Assembly (NCBI RefSeq): GCF_006345805.1
Contig: NC_043005.1
Span: 105,214,001-105,278,000, forward strand
Origin: Octopus sinensis
Lineage: Eukaryota
DNA length: 64,000 bases
Direction of reading: 5' to 3'
In this document: positions 63,263 through 64,000 of the stretch, in pieces
Numbering within the stretch: the first letter of the stretch is position 1
Layout: the number at the start of each line of letters is the position of its first letter
Notes under the pieces: generated by a model
What the model was told of the DNA's origin: nothing
Database searches by the model: none
The model's input: the letters and a program-made list of their open reading frames with translations, nothing else
Position numbers and translations under genes: made by a program

Positions 63263-64000
63263 CAAATACTAACTGTGTCTATATTAGGCTTGAAATTGAG
63301 GGGAGGGAATTAGTCAGTTACATTAATCCCAGTCACTGACTGATAATAATAGTAATAGGTATTTTTTCTGCTCTATTACCACTGATTTACTGGTAAGAGA
63401 ACCAGAAAATTTTGACATGCATACTTCTCTTAAAATGACAACAGTAGCCTAAAATCTAATAGAGAATTGAATGGCATACATTCAATAGGAGCTGGTGTTT
63501 ACATCCACTATGTTTCTTCTTAAAAATAAGGGAGGATATTTTTGTTTTACAAACAGTAATAAACATGTAAAATTAAAACTGATCAAGGTTTTAAAATTCG
63601 TTTTTCTTTCTTAGCAAAACATCTAGAGATAGGAATGCATGCTGTTAGTGTTACATTCATCAGAATTGGTAAAATGCATACAAGGGGCCAGATTGATAAA
63701 GTCAGTTAAAGATGCCTTTTAGAAAATGTGTAGTCTTAGTCTAGAGAAAGAAATCAATGATAATCACTGACACAAAACTGGAAAGGAAATAGCTAACTGA
63801 AAAGACCCATATATAATGCTGGTTCATACTTTATTGACCCCTGAAGGATGAACAACAAAGATGGTTTCTGCAGGATTTGAATCCACAATGTAAAGGAGCT
63901 TCAATAAATTCATCATTCTGCAGGTACTATCATCCTATCACTCTACTAATAATGCTTTTTAACATTGGTACAAGGTCACACACTTTGGCAGGAGTGTAAG

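Overview
AT-rich, microsatellite-laden eukaryotic DNA. The SINE families, repeat landscape and Q-rich C2H2 gene suggest a coleoid cephalopod, probably Octopus (inference, not a database match). One host gene is supported: a minus-strand 1673-aa protein with 13 C2H2 fingers (35585-40606) in one large exon, whose splice acceptor is at 40778-40780. The 5' part of that exon is filled by a 55-codon uORF ending 1 nt before the main ATG. Upstream exons were not located. Bases 1-11.35 kb are a dense transposon graveyard: three Penelope-like (GIY-YIG) remnants, an R4/Dong-like LINE, RTE fragments, a mariner, MITEs and SINEs. That region also holds an apparently intact type I hammerhead ribozyme (627-719), several degenerate hammerhead cores, a ~400-bp direct-repeat pair carrying a long foldback, and a 5S rRNA-headed element that shares a 3' tail with a tRNA-derived SINE. 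The rest contains tRNA SINEs inserted in ATT repeats, a full-length but decayed hATm transposon (55209-58301, 8-bp TSD), a MITE and three perfect hairpins. All motif calls were made by eye; no searches or folding were run.
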